Shown in pieces: positions 1-14,367 of a DNA stretch of 64,000 bases. Under the pieces are notes generated by a model. The model was not told the origin of the DNA and searched no databases. It saw nothing but the letters and a program-made list of their open reading frames with translations. This DNA is from Eledone cirrhosa (Eukaryota): assembly GCA_964016885.1 (NCBI GenBank), contig OZ024744.1, positions 41,478,001 to 41,542,000 on the forward strand, in the 5' to 3' direction. How positions within the stretch are numbered: the stretch's first letter is position 1; each line of letters starts with the position of its first letter. The translations under genes and the position numbers were made by a program.

Positions 1-209
1 TTCAGTGGATAATGTTCCAATTTCTTCTCTTTGGGATTAAATTTTGATTTAAATTTTTTCTAAGCTATTTTAAAGCATTTTCAAAATTATTATTTTGCTA
101 TTCACAAGAATGACGTCAATTGCCAATTTCATGAAATCAATTTTCTTTTTTGTATGAGATGTATAGTTTGTGTGCCTGTGGGTGTGTCTTTATATGTCAT
201 GTACTGTGT

Positions 210-720
210 GCTGAGTTCTAATCTATTATTTATTTGCGGGTTAAGTCTACGTATGAGCAAGGCTTCCTAAATTCTTAAGTTGCCCACATTACTATCACTG
301 GCTTTAATGGTAACGGTAATATGTTGGTTGATGTTTCTACATTTGTCAATGTGTTTTTTGAATTAGGATGTGTGTGTTGAGGTGTTCTTTGATGCAAGTG
401 TGGAGTGTTCGAGTCGTGCTACTAATGTAGAACTCCTTATATTTGTTGTATTCAATCCTGTATACCAATTGTGTCCGCTGGCACATACCTGTATCGTGGA
501 TAGGGTAGTTAGTCAGTGAGCATTGATTGTTGTTGTCTCTGGATTGCTTTTTAGACAGGTATCCATGTATTGAAAGGCTGGAATGTGTTAATTGTATGTC
601 CAGTCCTTCTTTGCAGATAACTCTGCGGATAACTGTGGTTATATTTTCGCTGAAATGTGGGAATTTCATGAAGCAGGTGTTAGAGGAAGTCTTATGTTGA
701 CAGCACCTTCGATTCTTAAG
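210..720 (-). mobile_element. Penelope-like element remnant (GIY-YIG endonuclease region, degraded)
   Basis: Minus-strand translation gives ...CQRTQLVYRIEYNKYKEFYISSTTRTLHTCIKEHL (VY...YIG-like, R...EH). A downstream frame gives NLRI*EALLIRRLNPQINN, the C-terminal motif of PLE GIY-YIG domains. Contains stops and frameshifts. Confidence 0.75.
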
Positions 721-729
721 TCAATTCAC

Positions 730-3700
730 TGTGGATGTTGGTACCATGAATGTTGTCACATTGAAAAGTCGCTCTAACGAGGCTGTAGAGATGCTTGAAC
801 GTAAAGAAGTTGATGTTTGTTGTGTTCAAGAACTAGGTGGAGGGGTGTGTCTGCTAGATTCATTGTGGGTAAAAAACGAAGCTATAAACTTTTCTGGATG
901 GGAAATGACAACAGGCTGGGTGGAGTAGGAATTATGTTAGCAAAAAATGGTTAGGTAAGGTAATTACCATAAATAGAATAATTCGACAGAATAATTAAAA
1001 TAAGACTTGTCCTAAATAGAACTACTGTGACAATAATATCCGCTTATGCACCCCAATCTGGACTGCCTGACGTTATAAAAGACAGGTTCTATGAGTCGCT
1101 AATGCTCACTACCTCCCAAATAACCGACAATGACTACATAATTATTGCTGGCGACTTTAATGGTCATGTTGGACAACATTGTGACAGCTATGATAGAATC
1201 CATGGAGGCTATGGGTTTTGTGCTAGAAATGAGGAAGGATTCAGGATCCTGGAATTCTGTGATGCCAATAACACAAACTTCAAAAAACGAGACAATCACT
1301 TGATCACCAATAGATCAGGGGAGCACACTAACCAGATAGATTTTATCCTTACTAGAAGACGAGACAGAGTGTCTGTTGTAAATACTAAGTCCCTTCCTGG
1401 TGAAGAATTCACCTCCAAACATAACTAGACAAACTCGATGACAGAGGACAACCTTGAGGAGAAGAATGTGGAAGTCGAAGGACCTCACCGCCAGTAACAA
1501 ACTTAAAAGCATACTACTTGATGCTTTTGACAGTAAGGAACAGCAATTAGAGACGTACAATATAGAGGAACAGTGGGAATTCCTGAAAGTTAACCTGCTG
1601 AAGGAAGCAGATGAAATCTGTGACTGGAGCAGATCTTTAGGGAGGAGGAGAGTGACTTGGTGGTGGAATAGTAAGGTGGAGGAGACAATTAAGGCCTAAA
1701 GATGGGTTTGGAAAGGATGGCAGGATGGGGAAGTAGAGAACACTATTAGGTGGCCAGGAGAGAAGCTAGGTGACAAGTGTACTTTGCAAGAAGGGAAGCA
1801 GAGGATAGAAAGTTCAAGCATGTTCTACAACATGAGGACCAAAAAGCGTGAGGTGTTCAGGATTGCGAGGGAATGTGTCAAGGAAAAGTGTGATATTATC
1901 GGGGAGAAGTGAGCCCGTAATGATGATGGTGTACTTGCCCTCACTCATACTGATAAGAAGGTAGTGTGGAAGTGTCACTACTAGAGACTACTAAATGAAG
2001 AGAATGAATGGGATAAAGATAGTTTGCCCCAAGTTGATCCAACAGAGGGACCAGCTGTGCAAGTTAATAGGAGTATAGTAAGTAAGGCAATCAAAGATAT
2101 GAAGACAAGCAAGGCAGCTGGGTTTTGGGGGATAGCTACTGAGATGTTGAAAGTACCTAGAATGGTGGAACATACTATTGTCATACCAAATGACTAGCGT
2201 AGCAGCAGCATCGTTAACTGCTACAAGGGCAAATGAGTTGCCCTAGATAGAGAAAATTATAGATGCATTAGGTTAGTTGACCAGGTCATGATGGTCACAG
2301 AAAAAGTTACTGACCAGCTGATTGGGGTACGAATTGATCTAGATGAAATGCAGTTTGGGTTTGTGCCAAGTAAAAGTACCACGGATGCTCTCTTCCTTGT
2401 ACGGCAACTACAGGAGAATTACCTAGCTAAAAGTAAACCCCTCTACTTACTTTTGTTGACTTGGAGAAAGCCTTTGATGGAGTCCCATCACTCCATTATC
2501 TGGTGGGCTCTTAGAAAACTAGGAGTAGATGAATGGCTTCTGGAAACTATACATGCCATGTATAGAGGAACAGTAAACAAGGTTAGAAGTTACAAAGAAT
2601 ATAGTGAAGAGTTTAGCGTAAAAGTAGGTGTTCTTAGCCCGTCCTGTTTATTATTGCCCTTCAGGCTATAACAGATAAGTTTAAGACTCGCTTCCCATGG
2701 GAACTTCTATATGCAGATGATCTAAGTCTCATAGCTGAAACTATAGCTGAACTAGAGAAGAAATTTGAAACATGGAAGCATGGCCTAGAATCAAAAGGCC
2801 TTAAAGTTAACTTGACTAAAGTTCTAGTATGTAGAAAGGAAAATAGGACACAAGTGCCCTCTGGGAAATGGCCATGCTCAGTGTGTAGGAAAGGAGTAGT
2901 TAGAAATTCCATTCTATGCCCCAAATGCAAGGTATGAGTACATAAAATATGTAGAGGGATCACAGGTAAGCTATCAAAGAATGTAGGTTTTATATGTGGC
3001 CGATGCTCAGGTGCAGTAAGTAGCAAGTACCTACTGGATACTAGGTCCTTCAACTGCCCACATGATTCCATAGAAATGGTAGACACTTCCTGTTACTTGG
3101 GTGACAAAATCAGCAATCAAAGAGGGTATCTTGAAAGTACAGAGTAGAAACGGAATGGAAAAAGTTCAGAAATCTAATACTGCTGTTGGACACAAAAGGT
3201 TTCTCCCTAAAAATGAAAGGCAGATTGTATGATCCTTGTATACGAACAGCAATGTTACATGGTAGTGAGACCTGGGCATTGTGTGCAGAGGATCTGTGCA
3301 AATTGAAAAGAAACAAAGCATGCATGCTCTGATGTATGTGTAATAGTAATATACACGAACGGCAAAGCATAAATGAAGTAAGTGAGAAGTTAGGCATAAG
3401 AGGGATCAGATGCAGTTTACTAGAGAGGAGATTGCATTAGTATGGTCATGTCATGCATATGAAGAACAACAGCTGTATAAAAAAGTGCAGGCCGATCAAA
3501 TTTGATGGAAGTTATGGAGTAGGTTGACACAGAAATACCTGGAACAAGGTGAAAAAAGCTAACGTTGCACACTTGAAACTCTCTAAGACAATGACACAGG
3601 ACGAGATCTTTGGCGATATGCAGTAATACAAAAGACCCGCCTTCCTTTACACACGGGCTTAAACTTACACTCAATAGGCACCTCTTAATCCAATATACAC

Positions 3701-3895
3701 CCCACACCCTTACACCTCTCTCCAACTTCCGCCCACACAACCCTTACTCTGTAAAGTTATGTTGGTACCACAAAATATTCATTCCACACTGTAAAGAGGT
3801 CATATAAATGTCACGAAAAAAAGCACCCAAATGGAACAATTTCGTCTAACCTGTGCTAGCGTGGAAGATAGACATTAACAGATGATGCTGATGAT
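730..3895 (+). mobile_element. Degraded near-full-length RTE-clade LINE (APE endonuclease + RT pseudogene, 3' UTR)
   Basis: Fragmented ORFs are colinear with the 955-aa ORF at 57446: VDVCCVQE, SAYAPQ, AGDFNGHVG, QIDFIL, EMQFGFVP, ELLYADDL, Cys-rich insert. Many stops and frameshifts. Ends in a (GAT)n-like tail. Confidence 0.93.
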
Positions 3896-4255
3896 ATTCA
3901 TATATATATATATATATATGGTGTTAGGAAGGGCATCCAGCCATAGAAAACCTGCCAGATAGTCCTATACGAGCGGACAAGGTCACCCGATCAATCTTGC
4001 CTCTAGTGGGTCAATTCCCATCTAACCCATACTTGCGTGGAAGATAGACGTTAAACGATGATGATGATATATATATATATAAATATATGAATATAAAATA
4101 ATATAAAGTACCTGACACATACAGGGTTCAGTATAATCAACTTTCCCCTCTACACTCAAATTGTTGGACCTTAACTAAACATTACTTTACTATTAACATT
4201 ATTATGACTACTACTACTACTGCTTATTATTATTATTATTATTATTATTATAGAA

Positions 4256-4665
4256 GGGCGGTGGATTGGCAGTATCGGTAGAGGGTCGGACGCCATGCTT
4301 TGACGCAAAGAGTTACGGCCCTTACCATTCTGAGTTCAAATCCCGCCGAGGTTAACTTTGCCTTTCATCCTTACGGGGTCGATAAAATAAAGTACCAGTA
4401 ATGTACTGGGTAATTGCTAGCCTTGTGCCAAAAGTAGAAACAATTATTATTATTATTATAAAGGGCTGTGAATTGGCAGTATCGGTGGAGGGTCGGACGC
4501 CATGCTTTCCAGCATAGTTACGTCTCTTTACGGTCTGAGTTCAAATCCCGCCAAGGTTAACTTTGCCTTTCATCCTTACAGGGTCAATAAAATAAAGTAC
4601 TAGTAATGTACTGGGATAATTGCTAGCTTTGTGCCAAAAGTAGAAACAATTATTATTATTATTAT
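4256..4665 (+). mobile_element. Two tandem copies of tRNA-derived SINE family A (~200 bp, (ATT)n tail)
   Basis: A-box-like TGGCAGTATCGG and B-box GAGTTCAAATCC, shared core GTTAACTTTGCCTTTCATCCTTACGGGGTCGATAAAATAAAGTACCAG, (ATT)n tails. Further copies at about 5045-5400, 8040-8240, 10681-10865 and 16518-17560. Confidence 0.85.
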
Positions 4666-4666
4666 T

Positions 4667-5035
4667 CTTTGAGTCTCAGTCATTGATGTTATTTAACTGG
4701 AAAGTTTGTTGAAATGAATATCAAGTTGCTACCTGCAGCCTCAGATATTCAGGACGTATCAGAGGGTTCTTGCTGTTCCCAGCAAGAATGCATTTTGAAG
4801 TGTTCCAAAAAAGAAGGTTCGACTTATGTTTTTTAACCATCCTTGAAAACCCTTTGAGATATCACCTAGTGTTTCTATGATGATTGGGACAACCTTGATC
4901 TCATGACAGTCCCAAATCCTTTTTAACTCCCACTTTAAATCCTGGTATCAGTTGATTTTTCTCCCTCTCCATTTCTGGCACTTTTGTGTCAAAGGGGAAG
5001 GCTACATCTACAATCAGGCATGATCTTTTTTCCTT
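4667..5035 (-). mobile_element. 3' fragment of an R4/Dong-like non-LTR retrotransposon (restriction-like endonuclease C-terminus)
   Basis: Minus-strand translation: CLIVDVAFPFD..EREK/..YQDLKWELKRIW..IKVVPIIIETLG...LQNAFLLGTARTL. Followed by a short 3' UTR ending in (TAA)n. Confidence 0.8.
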
Positions 5036-8000
5036 ATTATTATATAATGGCAGTGTATTGCTAGTATTGGTAGAGCATCATGCACCATGTTTTGCAGCAT
5101 AGATATGTCCCTTTACATTCTGAGTTCAAGTCCTGCCAAGGTTAGCTTTGCCTTCCATCCTTACGGAGGTCAATAAAATAAACTGCCAGTCATGCCCTGG
5201 GGTCAATTTATTTTACTTTCCCCTAACATAAAATTGTTGGCCTCATATCTAAATCAGAAATCATTATTATTAATTTTGGATTGGCAGAGGATCGGATGCC
5301 ATGCTTTTCAACATAGAGTTCTGGCCCTTTACGGTGTGAGTTCAAATCTTGCCAAGGTTAACTGTACCTTTCCTTCTTATGGGGGTTGATAAAATAAAGC
5401 GTTGTTGTTGTTATAACACCTTTGCTCCTCCCCTCATTTTATATAATTCCTTTGTTTCCTGGCTCAACTCTAAATGTAATCATAGATTCCTAATTTATGG
5501 CATTGTCAGATGAAATGTCTTGTGGTATATAATTTGGCTCCTTGCATTCTAAATGCCGCTAAGATCAACTTTTGGACAACTATTGGATGAACTGAACATT
5601 TAATTGAAAGGGCCAGCTTTGTAACATACTGTATCATATTGAATACTCCTGAGAATTTCATTAAGAGTATACATATATTTCAGTGAATGCTTAGTTATTT
5701 ACACTGTAACAGTACTTGTAATTCAAAAGACCAGTCTTGTCACATACAGTGCCCCATTGAATCTCCCTGAAAATTATCTTAAGGGTTAACATGTCTATGA
5801 AATGCTCAGCCACATGTATGTAATTAAATGATCAGGCTGTTCTGTTGATTGAACAATTGCAACACTTATTTTTGAAACTCCTGGAAGTCTGTTCCAATTC
5901 CATTCTTCCTCAAATCACATCTTACAATCTTTTAAATATTTGTAACACATTGGTTTATGTACTCTGGGAGCAGGGAGGAATAATCAATATAATCATGGCT
6001 GGAATGCCTCTGGTTATATATTTGCTTATTCAGGACGGACATGGGTGTCAAACTACTACAACAATACTCCACAACTAGCCTGGAGATTCAATTTTACATT
6101 AGCAAATAGCATTGAAAACACTATAACTGGAACTAGTAAATCTTTGTATTTACTTAACAGCAAACCAATTGTAAATGTTATTAGTATTCCTTTCCCCCAC
6201 CCCACCCTCAAAAGAAACAGTCTTTTGCATCTGTATAATTGTTAATAGTCTTTTATTTATTTTTAAGTGTCTAAATGTATGAAGAGTTTATTGCCACTTC
6301 TTCAAATTACCAGAGGATTTAGTTGTGATATGGAATATATTTAGCTCAAATTTCAAATTATAACCTTATGTTATCAAAACATTGAAATATAATTGGAAAG
6401 TTTTCTCTGTTTTAGAAAGTAAAAGTCTGTGAAAGTGCAACATAACGTGATTGATTCTACAATAAAATATTATCTCGCTTCGTTAACACGTACAGCACAC
6501 AGGGCTGATGCTACAATTAGGCCAACTTGGCAGTTGTCTAGAATGTAAACCTTTGGGAGGTACATTACTGAATGTTAAAAGATCACAATTTTATGCAGCT
6601 TTGTATAATTACGTTGAATATATAATAATTTCCCACAACCAAAAGATAAATCATTAATCATCTTTGCCACATCGCAACACTTTGGAAATATCGAAAGCAG
6701 TGAAGAGGGCCATATGGAGTTATGATCTGTACCATGATCTGGCATGTGTCAGTGTGCACTGTGTTGTCCATTTGCCAAACTATAAGTTGAAAATATTTTA
6801 TTTGGGAGAATGAAGTACATAACTGGGAGAAGGAGCCTTACATTATAGAGCAAACTCTGTATTTAGCTTAAATTTCAAATTATAATCACATATTCTCAAA
6901 ACATCAATTTCTAGTTAAGGAGTCTTTTCTGTATAAGATAAGAAAACAGAAACTGGAACATCAGAAATGTTATGTAACATTGTTCTACTTTAAAACAGTA
7001 CCACATTTGGTTAATAAGTTTAATTTTTTTACTAAAATAAAATTTGGGAATGAAGAGTCATTTGCAACTTATCTAAATATTACATAATTGTTTCTAACAT
7101 AGACACAAGGCCATAAAGTTTTGGAGAGGGGTTAGTCACTTAAATCAATTGCCATACTTGATTGATACTTTATTTTATTATCTTGGAAGGATGACAGATA
7201 AAATTAACTTAAGTAGGATTTGAACTCAGAATAGAATGAACCAGTAGGAATTATAAATTTGGCATTATAAAGCCAAAATGTCACAAATACAAAGGGAATG
7301 TAACTCTAAATAAAGTATATACAGATATTTTTTTAATAGATTAGCAAAATTTAATAAGCAGGGGTGTGGAGGGATAAGAGCATGGATGGAGTTGGAAAAT
7401 ATCTGAAAAATTAATAAGCAGAAAGGAAGGGGGCGATTAGTCGAGACCCAGGAGTAATTATTTTTCCTATTTATTCTTAATTTCATGGTTTAAACTTAAG
7501 GAAGACTTCCTCGTCTTTCTAAAAAAAATAAATAAATAACAAGATGATGGTTCCTTTATTTTTTATTTTATGGCTTAGAAGTCTTTATAGATCATCATCT
7601 GAACAAACAAAAATAAAAATGTATATGAAAATATTTAAATATATGCCAATAACAAATTAGATGATTTTTGCACCAGGTACACAAGTTTAGAAATATTGTG
7701 AACAAATTGATGGCCTTGTGCCTAAATTAGAAACCAATATTATTATTATTATTATTATTATTATTTCCTCGTGGTGCTGCAGGTTCGCCTCGTTCATATT
7801 TTGAATTTGAATTTCTATAATTTTGAATTTTTATCACTTTTCATTTTGCACTCGACAAAGACAGACTGTCAAAAAAAATATTGTTCAACCAACAAAAAAA
7901 TATCTATTGCAATTGCATCATATTGTCTATTTACCTTTGTGAAGTCACGCACTGGGGTCGATTTAATCGACTTTCCCCTCCCCAAAAATTGCTGGCCTTG

Positions 8001-9504
8001 TGCCTATATAAGAAACCATTATTATTATTATTATTATTGAAGGAAGTGGATTGACAGCATCAGTTGAGCATCAGGCAACATTACTTATGACTTTCTACAT
8101 TCTGAGTTAAAATCCAAGGCCAACTTTGCCTCTCATTCTTCCAGGCTTGATAAAATAAATTACCAGTTAAATACTCTGGTTGATATAATTAACTTTCCTC
8201 TTCACCAAAATTGTTGACCTTGTGCTAAAATTAGAAAAAATTGTGGGGCTCTGATCAATTTAGATCAATTGAAAGATTTCAATAGGGTCGACCGTCAATA
8301 GCTGGAGGCTGTACTCAAGGTAGATGTGGAAAGGCTGTATTAGCAAGCATGTAAATTTGTTAAAAGGTGGGTGAATGTAGCGAGGATAATTGGTGTGATT
8401 TATCATAGTGTGATGTATCAGTGTGATGTGTGAGTGTGCTGGTGTGTTGTAAGAGAGTGTTAATGTGGGTATGATATATGATAGCATTGGTATGATGTAA
8501 TGTAGAACTCCTTTCAGATCAATGATTATCATGGGTGAGAACACTATGGTGGCTAGATTATTAAACCATATATATAAATTATATAACCCATAAGTAAAAA
8601 TACAGTGCTGGACAGGGGTACAATTTCACTGCTTGCCATAGGCACTATTTTCCCTAGTTATGCCTCTGGATCTATGATATTGTTGATGTTTTGTATGATA
8701 GTGTTAGTATGGAATACAATAGTGTTGGCATATTGTGTGGTGGTGGAGATATATTACATAGTTGTGTAGGTATCATGTATTGGGGTGTTGTATGGGAATG
8801 GTGGTATTTCATAATGTAGTGTAGGAATGTTTTATGGTAGTAGCATATGAAGTAACTGTAAGGTAGCAGCTGATATATTCTAAGAATGTCACATCATAAC
8901 AATATATCTTGCTGAATAAATCTTTTCACCATTTTTAAAATCAAAGTTTTTGGGGGTGATTATTGATTATTGATTGTTTATCTTTGAATTCTTTGTTGTT
9001 GTTGTTGTAGTTTTTGTTGTTTTTAATTCTGATACTAATTTCCTATTGATCTCGCATTATTCAATGAAGATTATATTGGCTCTATATAAAATCAATTTTT
9101 CAATGTCTCTTTAGAATTGATAACCAATATTGGAAATAGTTTTATTGTCACCTTTATAAATAACATATTTTTAGATGATTGCTCAACTTGTTAGAAACAT
9201 TGACCAAATCCCCAGCAAATTACACAATAGTGCAGTGGTTCACAAACTTTTCAATACCAATAACCCCTTTAATTTAAAAGAATTTTCCCACAGAAACACC
9301 TGATATAATTACCCCCCCCCCCCCGTTTGTTATACAGTGAGAATAACAATCCAAAGAAAAGATACACAATAGTGTGTTTAAATTATGATTTAACAAATAA
9401 TTGAAATTTTGAACTTAGTTCTTTGATTGCCAGTACTAACTTTATGGACCCTAGGCTGGGAATTGCTGACTTGGTGTGTTAAAAAAGTATAGACACATTT
9501 GAGT

Positions 9505-9847
9505 ATCATCATCATCATCATCTTTTTACGTCTGCTTTTCCCTGCTTGCAAGGGTGGGACGGGAACTGATTGTGGCTTGATTTCTACAGCTGGATGCCCT
9601 TCCTAACACCAACCTCATTTACAGTGAGTGCTGGGTGCTTTTTTGCCGTGGCACCTCCATGACCACTTTGCAGTGGAATGATATGGATCCCAGTCCCTAT
9701 CATCTTATTTCTACAGCTGAGTAAACTAGAGCAATGTGAAATAAAGTATCTTGCTCAAGGAAACAACACACCACCCGGTCTGAGAATTGAACTCACAACC
9801 TTTCGATTGCAAGGCCAACGCTCTAACCACTAAGCCATGTGCCTCCA
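9505..9847 (-). mobile_element. SINE family B: tRNA-like head + CORE-like domain + RTE-derived body and 3' tail
   Basis: Head GGAGGCACATGGCTTAGTGGTTAGAG...GAGTTCAATTC, then TTCCTTGAGCAAGATACTTTATTTCAC. The 3' end matches the LINE end at 60478-60535 plus (ATG)n. Confidence 0.85.
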
Positions 9848-10902
9848 GTATGTAGTCTTAAATATGCCATTCCTAAGAGGACAGAATGTTCAAGGCTGGA
9901 ACACCAACATCATTTTTGACTGGTTAAAAAAATCACAATACTGCATTTTTTATATTTAACTAGGAGACTCCAAGACTGGTGGAAGGGAAGGAGGAAAGTG
10001 TTCTTAAATGAGAAACCTAGTTTGAATTTTTGCAATAAAATGGAATCACTAATGGTGCTCATGGTCCAGGTAACAGTATTAAACTTTTTGGTACCATACT
10101 ACTTTAAAACACTCCTAGTTCTACAATACAATATGATTTATTTAATGTTTTTATATTTAAAAAACCTTCTATCATAATTTTATGTAAGAATTTTTGTAAG
10201 GATTTATTTAGTCTAAACAACTGCTCAATGATAAGAAAGTTAGTTATGTTATTAAATCCCTCAAAGCTCTTGATTGTTTTTAACATGTGGTAATCAAAGG
10301 GTCAAAATGAACAACTGATTAAGACTAATTTCTGACTACATAGAAAGGTAAACCTTATAGATAATATAGAAGCTATTTGTTTTGTTTGAAATAACTTGCA
10401 GTTCCAATTTTAAATAAAAATGGAGTTTGATGGATCAATTTTTTAAATTTAAAAATTGATAATTTAATTATAAAGTGGTTCTGCCTGTGTAAATGAACCT
10501 CCACTAGATTCTGGTGATATGTGTTCAAGTTGTTTAATGAATGGATGATTTTACACATGAAATTAGCATGCAAATGACTGAATATTCCACAGAGACAAGT
10601 ATCCATTATGACAATTCTTAGGGAGAGTCAGCATAATAGAGTGTGTGAAAATTACAGTTCACTTTGTATTATTGTATTTTTGGGCGGTGGATTGGCAGTA
10701 TCAGTAGAGGGTCTGACGCCACGCTTTGCAGCATAGAGTTACGACCTTTATGGTCTAAGTTCAAATCCCGCCGAGGTTAACTTTGCCTTTCATCCTTACA
10801 GGGTCGATAAAATAAAGTACCAGTAATACACTGGGATAATTGTGCCAAAGTAGAAACAATTATTGCGTAATTGGTTGAGAATTCCAGCAACACATGTTCC
10901 AG

Positions 10903-11048
10903 TTGGTGAGAGCAGATCTCAGATCGCTGAAGCTCATGGAGGAGATGACAAAGGACCATGATAAATGGAGAGATGCCGTGCTTAATAAGATCCGTCCCAC
11001 CCTTGCAAGCAGGAAAAAGCAGACGTAAAATGACGATGATGATGATGA
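10903..11048 (+). mobile_element. 5'-truncated RTE LINE 3' end
   Basis: Closely matches 60389-60535 (LRSLKL..EMT.D.D.WRDAVLNK) and carries a (GAT)n tail. Confidence 0.85.
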
Positions 11049-11360
11049 AGCTATGGCACAACCTAAGATTATGATGCCCAAGATGCCATGCAGTTAGACT
11101 GAACCTCAAACATCATGATTGTAAAACAAACATTTTACCTATTCACACATGTCTGTGTCCATATGTTATTTATGTAATAAAAAAGTGTAATGTGTTTACC
11201 ATCCCCAAAATATCAACTATTTTTTTAATTACATATTGTTATCACCCTCTTTTATATTTAAGTTAATTTCTTGGCACCACACAATGTTTTTTGAAAACAT
11301 TGCTATATATTAAGCTAGTTACTAGATTCCTAGGAAACAATGCTGAAGACTATACTTCGA

Positions 11361-11397
11361 CTGATGATGGCAAAGAAATCCAGAAACTTTAAAAGTT
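11361..11397 (+). ncRNA. Hammerhead ribozyme-like core (decayed stem I)
   Basis: CTGATGA-tgg(caaagaaat)cca-GAAA-CTTTAAAAG-TT. Core, stem II and stem III are present; stem I pairing is not evident. Confidence 0.45.
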
Positions 11398-11797
11398 ATC
11401 TCCTTAGCTAACATTAGTTTACAAATAATATTCTTTTTCTTTAATCACCTTATTCAAACCTATTATAGTTATTTCTGATACTGAAAAATATTGGAAATAA
11501 TTGTATCCATATTTTAAATAATATAATTTCGGAATTTCTTTGTTGCTTACTCAACCGAAAAATAACATAGGTTAACCTCTAATGTTTTAAATATATTCAC
11601 CACATTTAATCAAGGGTGATGATGAGTTGTTTGGTTTCAAAAGTGTTAAAGTATTGATTTATGATATAATTTATAATATTGATTTCCAATATTTCTACGC
11701 CACAATAAATTTGCAACAAAAACATTATCATCAACTGAATCACAACACCGCCTTCAGTATATGAATATCAGTTATGTTTAGTTTATCAAATGGGAAA

Positions 11798-11850
11798 GAG
11801 AGAGAGATATAGAGAGAGTGAGTGAGAGAGAGAGAAAGAGAGAGAGAGAT

Positions 11851-11909
<59 letters not shown>
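11798..11909. repeat. (GA)n microsatellite
   Basis: Direct reading. One of dozens of (TA)n, (CA)n, (GA)n, (CAT)n and (TAA)n tracts in the window. Confidence 0.95.
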
Positions 11910-11912
<3 letters not shown>

Positions 11913-14367
11913 GTGAGAATTATACTTGATAGTAATGTTTTAAATCTAAATAAATAGACACAAAATACAGTAAGGAATTTAGTGTCTTGCTTCTCTGCTA
12001 TTTCTGCCATTCTAGTCTCATTGATTGTATCTATACTATAAATTGTGGTAATATACTTGAATTGTTCTAGTGGCTGACCACAAAAACACTCCTTGATTTC
12101 AAATATTTATAATATGAAAACTTAAATGAATATTCTTACAATACTGGTGGTTACAGTTGCATAAACTAACAAAGTTTCATGTGGTATTGGTTGATATAGA
12201 AACTTGATGTCTGCCCCTTTTGTTGCTCGGCAAACATCAATGTGATAATCAAGCTTGGTTCAGATTCTTTGCAGCAAATCTGGTATATTTGAAATCAAGG
12301 AGTGTTTTTGTGGTCACGTTGTATATTAACAAGGATACAGATATGATCTAATAGGTACAAAGTTTGATTCACAATCATAGGGAACCAGGTTCAAACCCAG
12401 TCTGTAACATCTTCAGTAGATGTCTTTTAACACAACTCTGGCTTTCCTCAGTCTTGAGAGAAATTAAGCAGAAGGAAACTGTTTAGAAGCCCAGCATGTG
12501 GACTGTGCCTGTAATTCAAAGCACCAAGGTACTATTCAAGCAATATCTCATCTTTTTTTATAGACACAATCGAAGTGTTGGTGCTAAGATAAAATGTACC
12601 CGGCCCACTATGCAAAGTGGTAATGGCTGTCACCATGATAAAATGCACCCAATGCACAGTGCCAAACAGCAGTGTTGGTGCCATGATAAAATACACCCAG
12701 CCCACTCTAAAAATGTTAGTGATGGTACCATGATAAAATAAACTCAGCATACTATGTATAGTGACTGGCATTAGGAAGAGTATCCAGCTACAATAACCAT
12801 ACTGAAATGAAATGTACGAGCAAGACAGGGTTATCTGTCCTGTCATGTCTCAGACAAAGTCAACCTGTCCAATCTATGTTAGAATATAAAACAGATGTAA
12901 AACAATAATGTGGTTAATGAGGGTAATGAAGATAATGATGAATCTAAATAATCAAATGAACTATAATATCCAATACATACTTCTTTTTTTTTTAACACAG
13001 TAAAGTATTATTTGTGGGAAATTTGACTTCTATTCATAGCAGGTTGAGCAATGATACAGAGGTGTCTCTACTAGTAAACCAGAGCTGCTAGCCAACAACT
13101 CTTTATATATCTAGTAATCCAAACTAAGCAAATTTCTTGAACTGAATCTTCAAAGGCTTTCACTAATAATTAGCACTTCAGTCTTAATGATATTACATTT
13201 AAAAGTTGTGCAGTCTCTTCTTCCTTGCCGCAATAGCTGATTAATTCTATTATGAAAACCAAATTATTATCTCCATGGATATTCAATGCTGAACTTTTCA
13301 TCTCAACAACTCACTGGATTAGTGTAAAAGAAAACGGACAGGAAATAAAATTTAAGGGGGATTTGGCTGCTATTTCTAGCAGGTTCAGTGACTACATGGA
13401 GCAGTGGTTCCCAACCTTTTCTCTCCTAAGGAAAGCCTTTATTAAAATGATTTTTTGACAGAGTCTTCACTACAAATACTCCCCTCCCGAAGCACCCCTC
13501 CTAAATTTTTATACAATGATAAGAAGAATCAAAGAAGAGAAATAGTTATATTTAGAGAGAAAACAAAGACACTCAGTAGTGTCTGAAGCATATAGACAAT
13601 ATGCCCTCACACCCTCCCACTGCAAAGTGGTTGTGGAGGTGCCACGGCAAAAAAGCACCCAGCCCACACTGTAAAGTGGACGTGTAGGCGCCACGGAAAA
13701 AAGCACCCAGCACTCACTGTAAATGAGGTTGGTGTTAGGAAGGGCATCCAGCTATAGAAACCAAGCCAAAATCAGTTCCTGTATGAGCAAGGCATGGTCA
13801 GCCGACGAGACACTGCCCACAACAGGACAATCCGTCTAACCCATGCTAGAATGGAAGAACGGACATAAAACAGTGATGATGATAATGCATTGTGTTGGTC
13901 TTCAAATTTAAATTTGTGTTTCCTATTCAACAATGCTTCAAGCACGCTACAAAACTCTCTATATATGTATGTATATATGTATGTATATATTCTGTGTTTG
14001 TGTTGATTATCTGGTGAACTCAAAACAATTAAACCAGAACTACTGTGGAAAAGATTTGATACAGAAATAAGTAATGAAAAACAAAAGTAGAGAGAAGAAA
14101 TGAAAGATAAAAAGCAATCAAGGAGAATTCTATAGAAAGTAGAACAAAAAAGTCTTTAATTTTTTCTATTCTTTCAACAATGGAATGGATAATAAAACCA
14201 AATAAAGATGTTACTGTCTAAGGAAATAGAATGAAAAGAAAATCAGTAATATATTTATGTAAATATGTATGTATAAATATATAAAGTAATATCCATATAT
14301 ATATAGAGAGAATAGAGGTAACTGAGACTGCATAAATATGTATATAAATTTACACATTTAGTATATA

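Noticed and set aside
4256-4350. tRNA-like A/B boxes as tRNA genes
   Set aside because: No full cloverleaf; they are heads of multi-copy SINEs.
7540-7620. Possible minus-strand splice acceptor as the next PC2 exon
   Set aside because: The downstream sequence does not encode the expected G(I/V)DY.H.DL..NY.
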